DNA of 64,000 nt from IMG/VR virus record IMGVR_UViG_3300032117_000007; one strand, 5' to 3'. The position numbers and the translations under genes are program-made. Source of the stretch: an uncultured virus (IMG/VR IMGVR_UViG_3300032117_000007). Taxonomy: Duplodnaviria; Heunggongvirae; Uroviricota; Caudoviricetes. Below the pieces are notes generated by a model. That model was given only the letters and a program-made list of their open reading frames with translations. It did no database searches and was not told where the DNA came from. Shown here in pieces: positions 19,949-31,204 of this stretch (position 1 is its first letter; each line of letters opens with the position of its first letter).

Positions 19949-21393
19949 TGGATTTGGTAACTATAAAAGGAAAGGATGAAGTATATGTAAAGGTATCTTG
20001 TGATCCTTCTATTGCTATGGAAATTTCCGAAAGATTTACATTCGATGTCCCTGGTGCTAAATTTACACCTCTTTATAGAAATAAAATGTGGGACGGAAAA
20101 ATAAGACTATTCAATCCAATGACATGTCTCTTGTATAAAGGTCTTACCAAGAATCTGGAAGATTTTTGTTCCAAAAGAAATTATGATATTGAATATGATT
20201 ATTCAAATGCCGATACAGAATTTTCTCTCATCGAAGCAAAAAACTTTGTTGAATCCATTAAACCTAAACATACACCCAGGGATTACCAATATGATGCTTT
20301 TGTCCATGGCGTAAGAAAAAATAGAGCTCTCCTTCTTTCTCCTACTTCTTCTGGCAAATCACTTATCATATATCTTCTTGCTAGATATTATAATTGCAAA
20401 ACACTCATCATAGTTCCTACAATTTCTCTTGTCCGTCAGATGACTTCTGATTTCATTGACTATGGGCTTCCTTCGGATATAGAGATACATCAGGTTGTCG
20501 GTGGTGTAGAAAAGACATCTGATAAACAAATCATCATTTCTACATGGCAATCAATTTTCAAACAACCTAAAGCATATTTTAAAGATTTTGATCTTGTAAT
20601 AGGTGACGAAGCACATTTATTCAAAGCAAAATCTCTCACTTCTATTATGACAGGTCTTGTCAACTGTAAGTATCGGTTTGGCACTACAGGAACACTTGAT
20701 GGTTCAAACTGTAATGCTCTTGTTCTTGAAGGTCTCTTTGGACCAGTTCATAGAGTCATTACAACTTCAGAACTTATCGAGAAGAAACATGCTGCAGATT
20801 TTACTATTAAATCCATTATTCTTAAATATCCGGATGAAATACGCAAACTTGTTGTAGGGTTTGATTATCAAAAAGAACTTGATTTTATTGTTACAAATGC
20901 AAAGAGAAATAAATTCATCAAGAATCTAGTACTTTCCCTTCAAGGCAATACACTTGTTCTTTTTCAATTTGTAGAGAAACATGGAAAACCTTTGTATGAT
21001 CTAATTAAAAGTGAAGCAGGTGATAGAAAAGTATATTTTATTTCAGGTGATGTTTCGGGTGATGAAAGAGAAGAAATCAGACATACAATCGAAACAGATA
21101 AAAATGCTATTATAATTGCTAGTTATGGAACAACTTCAACTGGTGTAAATATTATCAATCTCCATAATGTTATATTTACATCACCTTCAAAGAGTAGAGT
21201 AAGGAATCTCCAATCAATCGGGAGAGTACTTCGGAAATCCACAGAGAAAGTCAATGCAACACTTTATGATATTGCAGATGATTTTTCATGGAAATCCAAA
21301 AAGAATTACACTTTCCTTCATCTGATCGAGAGAATTAAAATATACGCAGAGGAGAAATTCAACTATAAAACATATAATGTAGAACTAAAGTAA
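19948..21393 (+). CDS. uvsW: RNA-DNA/DNA helicase UvsW
   Basis: WDGKIRLF, SPTSSGKS, GDEAH, QSIGRVLR. Confidence 0.95.
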   Translation: MDLVTIKGKDEVYVKVSCDPSIAMEISERFTFDVPGAKFTPLYRNKMWDGKIRLFNPMTCLLYKGLTKNLEDFCSKRNYDIEYDYSNADTEFSLIEAKNFVESIKPKHTPRDYQYDAFVHGVRKNRALLLSPTSSGKSLIIYLLARYYNCKTLIIVPTISLVRQMTSDFIDYGLPSDIEIHQVVGGVEKTSDKQIIISTWQSIFKQPKAYFKDFDLVIGDEAHLFKAKSLTSIMTGLVNCKYRFGTTGTLDGSNCNALVLEGLFGPVHRVITTSELIEKKHAADFTIKSIILKYPDEIRKLVVGFDYQKELDFIVTNAKRNKFIKNLVLSLQGNTLVLFQFVEKHGKPLYDLIKSEAGDRKVYFISGDVSGDEREEIRHTIETDKNAIIIASYGTTSTGVNIINLHNVIFTSPSKSRVRNLQSIGRVLRKSTEKVNATLYDIADDFSWKSKKNYTFLHLIERIKIYAEEKFNYKTYNVELK

Positions 21394-21418
21394 CTCTTTA
21401 TTGTTTTCCTCAGGAACC

Positions 21419-21446
21419 ATTATACCATCAGTGAAGGATTTGTCAA
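21419..21446 (-). promoter_or_regulatory. Antisense sigma70-type promoter (TTGACA-16-TATAAT, extended -10) pointing into uvsW
   Basis: Reverse complement reads TTGACA aatccttcactgatgg TATAAT. Confidence 0.55.
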
Positions 21447-21447
21447 T

Positions 21448-21969
21448 ATGAAAAGTAAGTCTACCCCACGGCACTACGTTAACAATCGAGATTTATATGA
21501 TGCTTTGGTGAAATATAATGAAAAAATAAAAGAATCAAATGATCTTCCGAAAATTCCTGATTACATTGGAATTTGTATATCAAAAATTTGTGAAAGACTT
21601 TCTTTAAAACCTAACTTCTCTGGATATACTTTTAGAGATGAAATGGTCGATGATGGGATTGAAAACTGTATTGCTTCAATTAAAAGTTTTGATCCTTCAA
21701 AAACAGAGAATCCATTTGCATATTTTACCCAAATTGCATGGAATGCTTTTTTAAGAAGAATTGCAAAAGAGAAGAAACAAACTTATCTTAAGCATAAAAA
21801 TTTACAACACCTCATGCTTTCTGATGTTCATAACACTTTTCAAATTGATTCAAATGAAGCTTCGGACGAAATTATACGTAGTTTTGAAGAAAAACAGTTG
21901 ACAAAAGTCAATAAAAATGTTATAGTGACTACTGGTATAGAAAAATTTATGTCTGGAGATTCAGAATGA
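21448..21969 (+). CDS. gp55: Late-transcription sigma factor gp55
   Basis: HYVNN, PNFSGYTFRDEMVDDGIENC, NPFAYFTQI. Confidence 0.95.
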   Translation: MKSKSTPRHYVNNRDLYDALVKYNEKIKESNDLPKIPDYIGICISKICERLSLKPNFSGYTFRDEMVDDGIENCIASIKSFDPSKTENPFAYFTQIAWNAFLRRIAKEKKQTYLKHKNLQHLMLSDVHNTFQIDSNEASDEIIRSFEEKQLTKVNKNVIVTTGIEKFMSGDSE

Positions 21970-22139
21970 AAAATTCACATCTTGTCCCACAAGCTGTCAT
22001 TGATGCAGTAATCGGTATGTCAGATGAAAATAACAATTCTACTATTAAATCAAATTTTGAGGATCGTGTGAAAGCCATCAGGGAATTCTGTGATACTGCT
22101 TTAAGAAAGAACTTGGAACAAAAAAAGTCACGTCGGTAA
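21966..22139 (+). CDS. Hypothetical protein (57 aa, not in ORF track)
   Basis: ATGA/TAATG overlaps with gp55 and gp47; MKNSHLVPQ...RVKAIREFCD. Confidence 0.6.
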   Translation: MKNSHLVPQAVIDAVIGMSDENNNSTIKSNFEDRVKAIREFCDTALRKNLEQKKSRR

Positions 22140-23191
22140 TGCGGATCGGATTAATTACGGATACTCATTGGGGTGTCCGTTCAGATAATATAGCATTTCT
22201 TGATAACACCAAGAAATTTTTGGATAATATCTTTTTTCCTTATCTAGATAAGCATCAGATTGATACTGTAATACATCTTGGTGATCTTCTGGATCGTAGG
22301 AAGTATACAAATTCTCATACTGCATATCGAATGAGAGAAGATTATATTGATCCCATTCGAGCAAGGAAACTTGATTATCATCAAATTTTAGGAAACCATG
22401 ATTGTTTCTTTAAAAATACTAACAGAGTAAATGCAGTTAGAGAATTCTGTGGTGATTATCAAGTATATGATAGTGCCCAAGAGGTAATTTTTGATGACAC
22501 AAAAATACTTTTGGTGCCATGGATATGTCAAGAAAATAGGAATGAAACATATGATGCAATCAATAAAACACAAGCTTCAATCTGTCTTGGGCATCTCGAA
22601 CTTGAAGGTTTTCAAATGTATCGAGATAGTGTTGCTACTCATGGCGATGATCGTAAAATGTTTGACAAGTTTGATCTTACTTGCTCTGGTCATTATCATC
22701 ACCGTTCCAGTGATGGTTCTATATTTTATCTTGGTTCTCATGCTCAATTTACTTGGTCCGATTATGGAGATTCTAGAGGATTTCATGTATTGGATACGGA
22801 AAAAAGGGAGTTGACATTTATAGAGAATCCATATAAAATGTTCGAGAAGGTAGTATATGATGACACAGATACTACTCTTGCTAATCTTTTGGAAATAGAT
22901 TTTGAACTATATAAAAATACTATTTGCAAAGTTATAGTAAAAAATAAAAATAACCCATATTGGTTTGATATGTTCTGTGAACGCATAGAAAAGACAGGTG
23001 TGACTGACATGCAAATTGTCGATGATCATCTTAATATGAGCACCATAGAAGATTCGGAAATTACTACTTCTGCTGAAAATACATGGGATATTTTTAAAAA
23101 CTATATTAGACAAATCAACACCACTTCTATTTCACCAGAGAAGCTCGAAAAGAAAATGGAAGATCTTTATATCAAGGCATCAAATCTCTAA
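22139..23191 (+). CDS. gp47: Recombination endonuclease subunit gp47 (Mre11-like)
   Basis: DTHWG, HLGDLLDRR, GNHD, SGHYH. Confidence 0.95.
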   Translation: MRIGLITDTHWGVRSDNIAFLDNTKKFLDNIFFPYLDKHQIDTVIHLGDLLDRRKYTNSHTAYRMREDYIDPIRARKLDYHQILGNHDCFFKNTNRVNAVREFCGDYQVYDSAQEVIFDDTKILLVPWICQENRNETYDAINKTQASICLGHLELEGFQMYRDSVATHGDDRKMFDKFDLTCSGHYHHRSSDGSIFYLGSHAQFTWSDYGDSRGFHVLDTEKRELTFIENPYKMFEKVVYDDTDTTLANLLEIDFELYKNTICKVIVKNKNNPYWFDMFCERIEKTGVTDMQIVDDHLNMSTIEDSEITTSAENTWDIFKNYIRQINTTSISPEKLEKKMEDLYIKASNL

Positions 23192-24906
23192 TGTCTATAC
23201 TATTTCGACGGATTCGATGGAAGAATTTTCTGTCAACCGGAAACCAATTTACAGAATTAGAACTTGACAGAAATGGAACGACACTTATCATTGGTTCAAA
23301 TGGGTCTGGGAAATCAACATTTCTTGATGCTCTTACATTTGCACTATTTGGCAAACCTTTCCGGAATATTAACAAACCTCAACTTATAAATTCTATTATT
23401 AAAAAGGATGCTGTAGTTGAGGTTGAATTTGATTCTGGTGCTGATGCTTATAAGATTATTCGTGGCTTAAAACCGGTAATCTTTGAAGTATATAAAAATG
23501 ATGTTCTAGTCAATCAATCTTCTGATGTTCGTGACTATCAGGAAATTGTTGAGAAGAATATTCTCAAGATTAACTACAAATCATTCTGTCAGGTAGTGGT
23601 TTTAGGTTCGGCTTCATTCATTCCATTTATGCAATTACCTGCTGCACAACGTAGATCCATCATTGAAGATTTACTTGATCTTCAGATATTCACTACCATG
23701 AATATTATATTAAAAGAACAAATTCAAGAAAATCTTGAAAATATTTGTGAAGCAGATCAGAAAGTCATTTTGGTCAAAGAAAAAATAAAGATAGTTCAGG
23801 AACATCTTCGTGAACAATCTTCTAGTAATGAAAAGAAAATTGAACAACTGGTTGAAAAAAACTCTAATCTTGAAAAAGCCAAACTTCTTGCAAGTGAAGT
23901 AATTGAAAAGCATAGAATGGAAATTGAAAAGAATGAGGAACTAATCAAGGACAAAGCATCTCTGGAAAAGAAACTAAAAGCCTTAAATGTATACAAGAAT
24001 CAAATTGACACAAAACTTGCTATCATTGAAAGTGAAATCAAGTTTCTAGAAAATAATGAAAGTTGTCCAACTTGTAAGCAATCTATCGAGAAACACTTTC
24101 GTTGTGATTCCATTGAAGATAAAACTTCAAAACTTTCTGAACTGAAAGAAGGTCTAGAGAAACTATCGGAAACACAAGCTTCGATTGAAACAAGACTTTT
24201 GGAAATACAAGAAATTTCAAAGACTATAGATTCTTTGAACAGTTTGATTTCCATGCAAATCCTTGAGATAAAGCATGCTGATATGCAAATATCTCAAAAT
24301 AAAAAGGATATAGTATCAATTAAGGATAGCATCAAAACAGAATCAAATGATAGAATAGTTGATTATGAAAAGCAATTCATGGAAGCCTCAACAGTCTATA
24401 ACGAATATCAAGAAGAAAAGAAGGTACTTGCAACAGCAGGAATTCTTCTAAAAGATTCTGGTATTAAAACTACTATCATAAATCAGTATGTTCCTATTAT
24501 CAATAAGTTGATTACAAAATATCTTTCAATTATGGATTTCCATTGTCAATTTGAAATTAACAATCAATTTGAGGAAACCATCAAATCTCGTCATCGGGAT
24601 GAATTTAGTTATGCATCTTTCTCGGAAGGTGAGAAACAGAGAATCAATCTTGCTATTCTCTTTACTTGGAGAGCTATAGCAAAGATGAGGAATTCTCTTT
24701 CGACAAATCTTCTCATCCTAGATGAAATATTTGATTCCTCGATTGATGCCGCTGGTGTAGATCAACTTATGTCTATCATTCAAAGTCAAGGAACTGACAC
24801 AAACTTATATGTTATATCACACAAAGAACAAATGCTAGATAGATTCAACACTGTTATCAAATTTTCAAAGAAAAGTAATTTTAGTCATATGGAGGATGCA
24901 GCATGA
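23191..24906 (+). CDS. gp46: Recombination ATPase gp46 (Rad50-like)
   Basis: GSNGSGKST, CPTC zinc hook, FSEGEKQR, LILDE. Confidence 0.96.
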   Translation: MSILFRRIRWKNFLSTGNQFTELELDRNGTTLIIGSNGSGKSTFLDALTFALFGKPFRNINKPQLINSIIKKDAVVEVEFDSGADAYKIIRGLKPVIFEVYKNDVLVNQSSDVRDYQEIVEKNILKINYKSFCQVVVLGSASFIPFMQLPAAQRRSIIEDLLDLQIFTTMNIILKEQIQENLENICEADQKVILVKEKIKIVQEHLREQSSSNEKKIEQLVEKNSNLEKAKLLASEVIEKHRMEIEKNEELIKDKASLEKKLKALNVYKNQIDTKLAIIESEIKFLENNESCPTCKQSIEKHFRCDSIEDKTSKLSELKEGLEKLSETQASIETRLLEIQEISKTIDSLNSLISMQILEIKHADMQISQNKKDIVSIKDSIKTESNDRIVDYEKQFMEASTVYNEYQEEKKVLATAGILLKDSGIKTTIINQYVPIINKLITKYLSIMDFHCQFEINNQFEETIKSRHRDEFSYASFSEGEKQRINLAILFTWRAIAKMRNSLSTNLLILDEIFDSSIDAAGVDQLMSIIQSQGTDTNLYVISHKEQMLDRFNTVIKFSKKSNFSHMEDAA

Positions 24907-25397
24907 AATTAGTTGATTATAAAGATCCAATTCTTAAAGAAAAAAGTAAAGTATTTGACTTTAACGATCCACCTTTTGATCCGATTGAATATTCACAAAA
25001 ACTCATAAGATTTGTGTATGATAACAATATCATTTGTGTTGCTGGTATTCAGGTAGGAATTCCCTATAGAGTTTTTGCAATGAGAGGTGCACCTGAAAAT
25101 TATGTTATGTATAATCCAAGAATTGTGATGCCTTCTGCAGAAACAATAGTTCTTGAGGAAACTTCAGCTACATATCCTGATTTTATTTGCAAAGTTTCCA
25201 GACCACAGCATGTAAAGGTAAGATTTGCTACACCAAATGGAGAAATAAGAACTGAAACATTTACAGGTCTAAGTGCAAGAGTATTTCAACATAATATGGA
25301 TTTTTTAGAAGGAGAAAGATTTTGGAAAACATGCAGCAAGCTCCAATTCGATATGGCCAAGAAAAAAAGTTCCCTGGAGTTTTTGACGTTCAGGTAA
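24903..25397 (+). CDS. Peptide deformylase-like protein with degenerate active site
   Basis: PDF fold pattern (DPILK, QVGIPYRVF, NPRI, VSRP..V.V, ARVFQH) but EGCLS->ETSAT and HEMDHL->HNMDFL. Confidence 0.75.
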   Translation: MKLVDYKDPILKEKSKVFDFNDPPFDPIEYSQKLIRFVYDNNIICVAGIQVGIPYRVFAMRGAPENYVMYNPRIVMPSAETIVLEETSATYPDFICKVSRPQHVKVRFATPNGEIRTETFTGLSARVFQHNMDFLEGERFWKTCSKLQFDMAKKKSSLEFLTFR

Positions 25398-25582
25398 GAC
25401 TTTTCAGATATGATGATCTTGAAGGTCAGAAGTTGGTATCTGAAACTTATATTTTAGAAACTTATTATCCAATTTGGCGTAAAAGAATGGCCAATAAAAT
25501 GGGAAAAGATTCTAAACTTATTACAGAAGAAAATTGCATTGAAGATTTCTGTGCGCTTCATTATGCGTGGGAAATTAGTTGA
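25322..25582 (+). CDS. Hypothetical protein, paralog of 61037-61240
   Basis: Shared SE..I...YYP.W...M..K.GK...C.ED....H.AWE pattern; start uncertain. Confidence 0.5.
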   Translation: MENMQQAPIRYGQEKKFPGVFDVQVRLFRYDDLEGQKLVSETYILETYYPIWRKRMANKMGKDSKLITEENCIEDFCALHYAWEIS

Positions 25583-25637
25583 CAAAAATTCAAATATGGT
25601 ATATTATACATTATGAATAACTTGATGGAATCATATT

Positions 25638-26009
25638 ATGGAAATTAAAACTAAATACAGTATCGGCAATTCGTTGTGGTTTCCCCGTGTTTTCAACGAT
25701 ATGAATGTAGATAAAATTGAAGTAAATGGTGAGATTTATACAAAATCGACGCTAGTTCTTTGTGCTTCAGCATTTTTAATGGATATTGTTTCAATATCCA
25801 TTGTAGTTGAAACGGATGGTGAAATTTCCACAGAATATTGTTTTCAAGAATACAACGAATCCTCAAAAGGTTTTCACAGATATTTTATAGATGAGGAACA
25901 TCTTAAAACTGCTTTTGATTCTGAAGATGGTGCTTTAGAATTTGCACAAAATTGGAAGACCAATCAAAATCGTGAATACTATGGTTTCAATGAGCTTGAT
26001 TATCTATAA
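25638..26009 (+). CDS. Hypothetical protein
   Basis: Behind a TTGACA promoter at ~25580. Confidence 0.6.
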   Translation: MEIKTKYSIGNSLWFPRVFNDMNVDKIEVNGEIYTKSTLVLCASAFLMDIVSISIVVETDGEISTEYCFQEYNESSKGFHRYFIDEEHLKTAFDSEDGALEFAQNWKTNQNREYYGFNELDYL

Positions 26010-26551
26010 TGAATATTTTTATGCTTGATTCAAATCCTGTTCAAGCAGCACGATGGATGGTCGATAAACACGTTGTAAAAATGATCCTGGAATCAGCACA
26101 ACTTTTATCAACAGCACATCGTCTGCTTGACGGGAAGGAATCCCAAGCATCAATCAATGGTCGGAAACGGAAATTGTGGTCTTTGTTTGATGAACGAGAA
26201 ACACAAATGTATAAGGCAACACATGTAAATCATCCATGTGCTATTTGGTGTCGTGAATCTGTTGAAAATTATTCATGGCTTGTGGAACATTTCTTTGCTC
26301 TGCTTGATGAATATACCTACAGGTATAACAAGAAGCACAAATGTTCTGATATGGGCTTTATTCTTCAATCTCCTCCGTTAAATCTAAAAGAATGGAATAT
26401 TACCCCAGCACCATCTTGTATGGCCAAGGAATACATAGTTTCAGATAATGTAATAGAAAACTATCGGAACTATTATAAAGTTGGTAAGAAACATATTCAT
26501 AGTTGGAAAAATCGTGAAACACCAGAATGGATTATGAACAATGAAATTTGA
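26009..26551 (+). CDS. Pyrimidine-dimer DNA glycosylase/endonuclease V family protein
   Basis: MNIFMLD...DKHVVKMILESAQLLSTAH, THVNHP, YRNYY. Confidence 0.75.
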   Translation: MNIFMLDSNPVQAARWMVDKHVVKMILESAQLLSTAHRLLDGKESQASINGRKRKLWSLFDERETQMYKATHVNHPCAIWCRESVENYSWLVEHFFALLDEYTYRYNKKHKCSDMGFILQSPPLNLKEWNITPAPSCMAKEYIVSDNVIENYRNYYKVGKKHIHSWKNRETPEWIMNNEI

Positions 26552-26696
26552 TATTGTGAATATAGAAGATAAAGATGATGGATCTGTTATTCTTACAATA
26601 GATATGGATCGTGAAACAATGCTTATATTTGCTGAAATTGGAATTATGAAAACTATTATTGATGCTGCTAATGGAGTTGTAAAAAATGAAGGATAA
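26541..26696 (+). CDS. Hypothetical protein (51 aa, not in ORF track)
   Basis: MKFDIVNIEDKDDGSV...; fills the gap in the operon. Confidence 0.5.
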   Translation: MKFDIVNIEDKDDGSVILTIDMDRETMLIFAEIGIMKTIIDAANGVVKNEG

Positions 26697-26880
26697 TATT
26701 TCAGATAGAATGATTGAACTTATGGAACCCATCGACCGACAAATCATGATGTGTGATAATCCCAATGATTTATTGGCTTTGGCAAGTATCATGCTTACTA
26801 CATCGATGCGTATGTATAGTGCGGTGATTGGTGCTGAATCCATGAAAACCTTAGTTAAAGAATATCTAGATGAACTATAA
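26686..26880 (+). CDS. Hypothetical protein
   Basis: Overlapping operon ORF. Confidence 0.55.
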   Translation: MKDNISDRMIELMEPIDRQIMMCDNPNDLLALASIMLTTSMRMYSAVIGAESMKTLVKEYLDEL

Positions 26881-27292
26881 AGTTTCTTTTGAAGAACTAT
26901 GTGTATTTTTATTGTTGCTGATGTGTCTGACAACAACACTGTTTGTATCTTCATGCACGACAAATATTACACCAACTTTTAATCAAAAGAATTATGATAG
27001 GTTTGTTACTATGGCAGTAACAACTGATGATGCATCAACCATTTGTTCTAAACCTGAAAATGTGGCATCAACCTTAAATGAATTGAAAACAAATATTGCA
27101 TATGCTAGAATCGACAGTATCGGTCACGGTGATGTTGAAATTAGTGAAATGCTTTTAAATCTTTCGGATGAAGTTAGACGTTTTGAAACTATATCAAAAA
27201 CTACTATGACAAATACGTATTGCATTGATAAATTTCAAAATATCAATAAGTCATTACTTTTGATTCTGAAAAGTGAAGGGAAGAAAAAATAA
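26870..27292 (+). CDS. Putative lipoprotein
   Basis: Hydrophobic N-terminus with lipobox-like VSSC. Confidence 0.5.
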   Translation: MNYKVSFEELCVFLLLLMCLTTTLFVSSCTTNITPTFNQKNYDRFVTMAVTTDDASTICSKPENVASTLNELKTNIAYARIDSIGHGDVEISEMLLNLSDEVRRFETISKTTMTNTYCIDKFQNINKSLLLILKSEGKKK

Positions 27293-27561
27293 TGAGTAAT
27301 TCAACTATTGATATAACACAATCAGTACTTAAAAAGTTACAGCTAAATACTACTGCTATCATTTCAGACAATGCATCAAAAGCACTTCTTTACAAGACTC
27401 AATTTGATGAAGGAACTATCACAAAAGAAGAATATTCTGACCTTTTGCAAGATATGATTTCAACAGTAAAGATTGCTGAACTTTCAGATGAACTTGAAAT
27501 GAAAATTTTACTTCTTCAATGTCTAAACACACTTGAACAAATTATTGCTACAAAGATTTAA
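27292..27561 (+). CDS. Hypothetical protein
   Basis: Translationally coupled ORF. Confidence 0.55.
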   Translation: MSNSTIDITQSVLKKLQLNTTAIISDNASKALLYKTQFDEGTITKEEYSDLLQDMISTVKIAELSDELEMKILLLQCLNTLEQIIATKI

Positions 27562-27573
27562 TAGGAGATTATA

Positions 27574-27942
27574 ATGAGTGACTTTCTTTTGACACAAGAT
27601 GAAATTGCCGCACTTCAGAGCATTCAGGCACGACTTTATGGTCAGGCATCACATATGGGTTGGCATAATAAGCCACGTGAAATTGGTACTATGCTTGCTC
27701 TAATTCATTCTGAAATTTCTGAAGCACTTGAAGGTGCTAGAAAGGATTTATTTGACGATCATCTTACCCATCGAAAGATGCTTGAAGTAGAATTGGCAGA
27801 TGCTGTCATTCGTATTTTTGATCTTGCTGGTCGTGAAGGGCTAGATCTAGGTTCTGCGATTGCTGAAAAGCATGCTTACAATTCAGTCCGTGCAGATCAT
27901 CAACTTGCAAATCGTGAAAAGTCTGGTGGCAAGAAGTTCTAA
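27574..27942 (+). CDS. MazG-like NTP pyrophosphohydrolase
   Basis: LALIHSEISEALE...EVELADAVIRIFDL...K..YN..R. Confidence 0.8.
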   Translation: MSDFLLTQDEIAALQSIQARLYGQASHMGWHNKPREIGTMLALIHSEISEALEGARKDLFDDHLTHRKMLEVELADAVIRIFDLAGREGLDLGSAIAEKHAYNSVRADHQLANREKSGGKKF

Positions 27943-28007
27943 ATAAAGAAGTTGACAAACTTGTTCAACCGTGATATATTCACTTATATAAGTTGCGGTG
28001 GGTAAAA

Positions 28008-28313
28008 ATGCAAATTAAAGATACTTCAAAAGACTATGATGATTTGGTTGGTTACAAAGCAGAGGAACTGGTCAAATCATCATCACTTTCTCCTTTCCTA
28101 AAAGAAGAATCGGAATTCAAACCGGAAATTCTTCCAAAACCTGTTGATCCAGAATTCCCTGAGGATTGGCAAAATCTATACCTAAATTTTACTAATGAAG
28201 AAGACTATATCAAGTTTATGAAAAAAATTGATGAAGTTCCCATTCCTTCTTTAAAGAAGTTTGTATATTCAAGAGTAAAAGATAATGGTATTTTAAATTT
28301 CCTAGGTGATTAA
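28008..28313 (+). CDS. Hypothetical protein associated with glycosyltransferase
   Basis: WQNLYLNFTNEEDY..F resembles the next ORF; behind a TTGACA promoter at ~27952. Confidence 0.55.
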   Translation: MQIKDTSKDYDDLVGYKAEELVKSSSLSPFLKEESEFKPEILPKPVDPEFPEDWQNLYLNFTNEEDYIKFMKKIDEVPIPSLKKFVYSRVKDNGILNFLGD

Positions 28314-28585
28314 TGATTGAAGAAAAAGCAAAAAACCACGAACACCTTCAGAAAGAATGGAGAAATCCATATATGCAATGGTATGCCGCAGGTATGCCAG
28401 CATTTGTTACTAAGGATTTGTCACCATATAAACAACTTATTGTGAAGTTTAAAACGATGGAAGATCGTAATGCTTTTGCCGAACTCGTTGAGCAAAAGAT
28501 TACAGAAAAAACAAATGTTATATGGATTCCTATGAAGGAACGAGAAAATAATATTGATTCGAAGTGGATTGAAGATGATGTATGA
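28313..28585 (+). CDS. Hypothetical protein associated with glycosyltransferase
   Basis: W...GMPAF...YKQLIVKF...EDR..FAELVEQKITEKT..IW.P. Confidence 0.6.
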   Translation: MIEEKAKNHEHLQKEWRNPYMQWYAAGMPAFVTKDLSPYKQLIVKFKTMEDRNAFAELVEQKITEKTNVIWIPMKERENNIDSKWIEDDV

Positions 28586-29512
28586 TACTCGATATCCAAT
28601 TTATATTATTTCGAAAGGCCGTTGGGATAGTCGATACACCTCAAAAGCATTAGAACGGATGGGTGTTCCATATTATATTGTTGTTGAACCACAAGAATAT
28701 GATAACTATGCTGCTGTAATCGAGCCAACAAAGATTCTTACACTTCCCTTTTCAAATCATGGTAAGGGTTCTGGACCTGCAAGAAATTGGTGCTGGGAAC
28801 ATTCTCAAGCTAATGGTTTCAAACGTCATTGGCTTATGGATGACAATATCTATGAATTCTGGCGTTTCCATAATAATAAACGATATCGTATTGAAAAAGG
28901 TTCGGCATGCTTTAGAGCAGCAGAGGATTTTGTAGATCGGTTTGAAAACGTAGCTCTTGCAGGACTCCAATACAAATTTTTCTGTGTTGATGATTATCTT
29001 TACCCGCCATATATTCTAAATACCAGAATTATGTCATGTTTCTTGATTGACAATTCTTGCCCACACAAATGGCGTGGAAGATACAATGAGGACGTTGATC
29101 TTTCGATTAGAGTCTTGAAGGAAGGTCTATGCACCATGCTTTTCTATTCCTTCCTTTGTGGAAAAGCAAGAACTGGAACAATCAAGGGTGGTAATACATC
29201 TGAAATCTATAATAACTATCAGGAAGATGCTTCGTTCAAGAAATCTGAAATGCTTTTACAGATGCATCCGGATGTAGTACAACTTGCAGAACGATATGGT
29301 CGTGTTCACCATCTTGTTGATCTTGAAGCCATTATGACAAAAGATGGGACTCTTGCAAGAAATACACCTCTTATTTTAAAGAAAGATGCAAAAATTGTCA
29401 ATGCAGTTGACAATTATGGTATGAAACTAATTCGGAATTATAACACACCTGAAGCATATGAGGATGTGAATTTTTCAAAGGATGTATATCCGACTGGGAG
29501 AAAGAAATACTA

Positions 29513-29513
<1 letters not shown>
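28575..29513 (+). CDS. GREB1-like/TET-associated glycosyltransferase family protein
   Basis: YPIYIISKGR, IVVEPQEY..Y, ARNW.W, W.MDDNI, WRGRYNEDVDLS, GGNT. Confidence 0.7.
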
Positions 29514-30369
<856 letters not shown>

Positions 30370-30370
<1 letters not shown>

Positions 30371-30807
30371 TGAGTAAATGGGATTTAAATTTCCTGTCTC
30401 TCGCCAAAGAAATTAGTCTTTGGTCAAAGGATCCTTCAACCAAAATAGGCGCTGTGACAGTAGGATCGAATAGAAGAATACTTTCAACTGGATACAATGG
30501 ATTTCCACGTGGAATTGAAGATACTCCCGAAAGATTGATAAATAAGGATATCAAATATAAGTATGTAGTTCATGGGGAAATGAACTGTATATACAACGCA
30601 ACACTAAATGGTATATCTCTAAATGATGCTGATCTTTATGTGTATGGACTACCAGTATGCTCTGACTGTGCAAAAGGTGTAATCCAGGTTGGTATCAAAC
30701 GTGTTGTGATGTGTTATCCCGACAATTTAAGTTCTAAATGGCTAGATTTGTTTGAACTTACAAAGGCGCTTTTCAAAGAAGCAAATATTGAAATGTTTCA
30801 ACTTTGA
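30370..30807 (+). CDS. cd: dCMP deaminase
   Basis: SKDPSTKIGA, GYNGFPRG, VHGEMNC, PVCSDC. Confidence 0.88.
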
Positions 30808-31175
30808 GGGAATATAATATGAATACAATGAATAGTATAGAAACCAAGGGTAACATCACAGTTCAAATTGCGGGCTATACATGTGGAATACCCGAAAGTT
30901 CTAATATCAAGTATAAATATTCAGAAGATAAGATTATCTCGGATTTCAAAGCATATATAGATAAAACATACACCGAACATTATAAGCCAGAAGATTCTGA
31001 TCTACAATGTTTTGATGCATGGATAGCATTAGGTGATGCCACTCCTACTTTCCGGAACACCGCTTTAAAATATCTATGGCGTTATGGAAAGAAAAATGGC
31101 ACAAACAAGCAAGATTTAATGAAAGTACTTCATTATACCTTACTTTGCCTATACAACGATCATTATTGCGACTAA
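30804..31175 (+). CDS. DUF3310/SaV-like (T7 gp1.7 nucleotide kinase-like) protein
   Basis: HY...Q.FD, ALKYLWRYGKKNG, DLMK.LHY. Confidence 0.65.
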   Translation: MREYNMNTMNSIETKGNITVQIAGYTCGIPESSNIKYKYSEDKIISDFKAYIDKTYTEHYKPEDSDLQCFDAWIALGDATPTFRNTALKYLWRYGKKNGTNKQDLMKVLHYTLLCLYNDHYCD

Positions 31176-31204
31176 TTTAAAATTAACTAAGGAGTGACTA
31201 TAGT

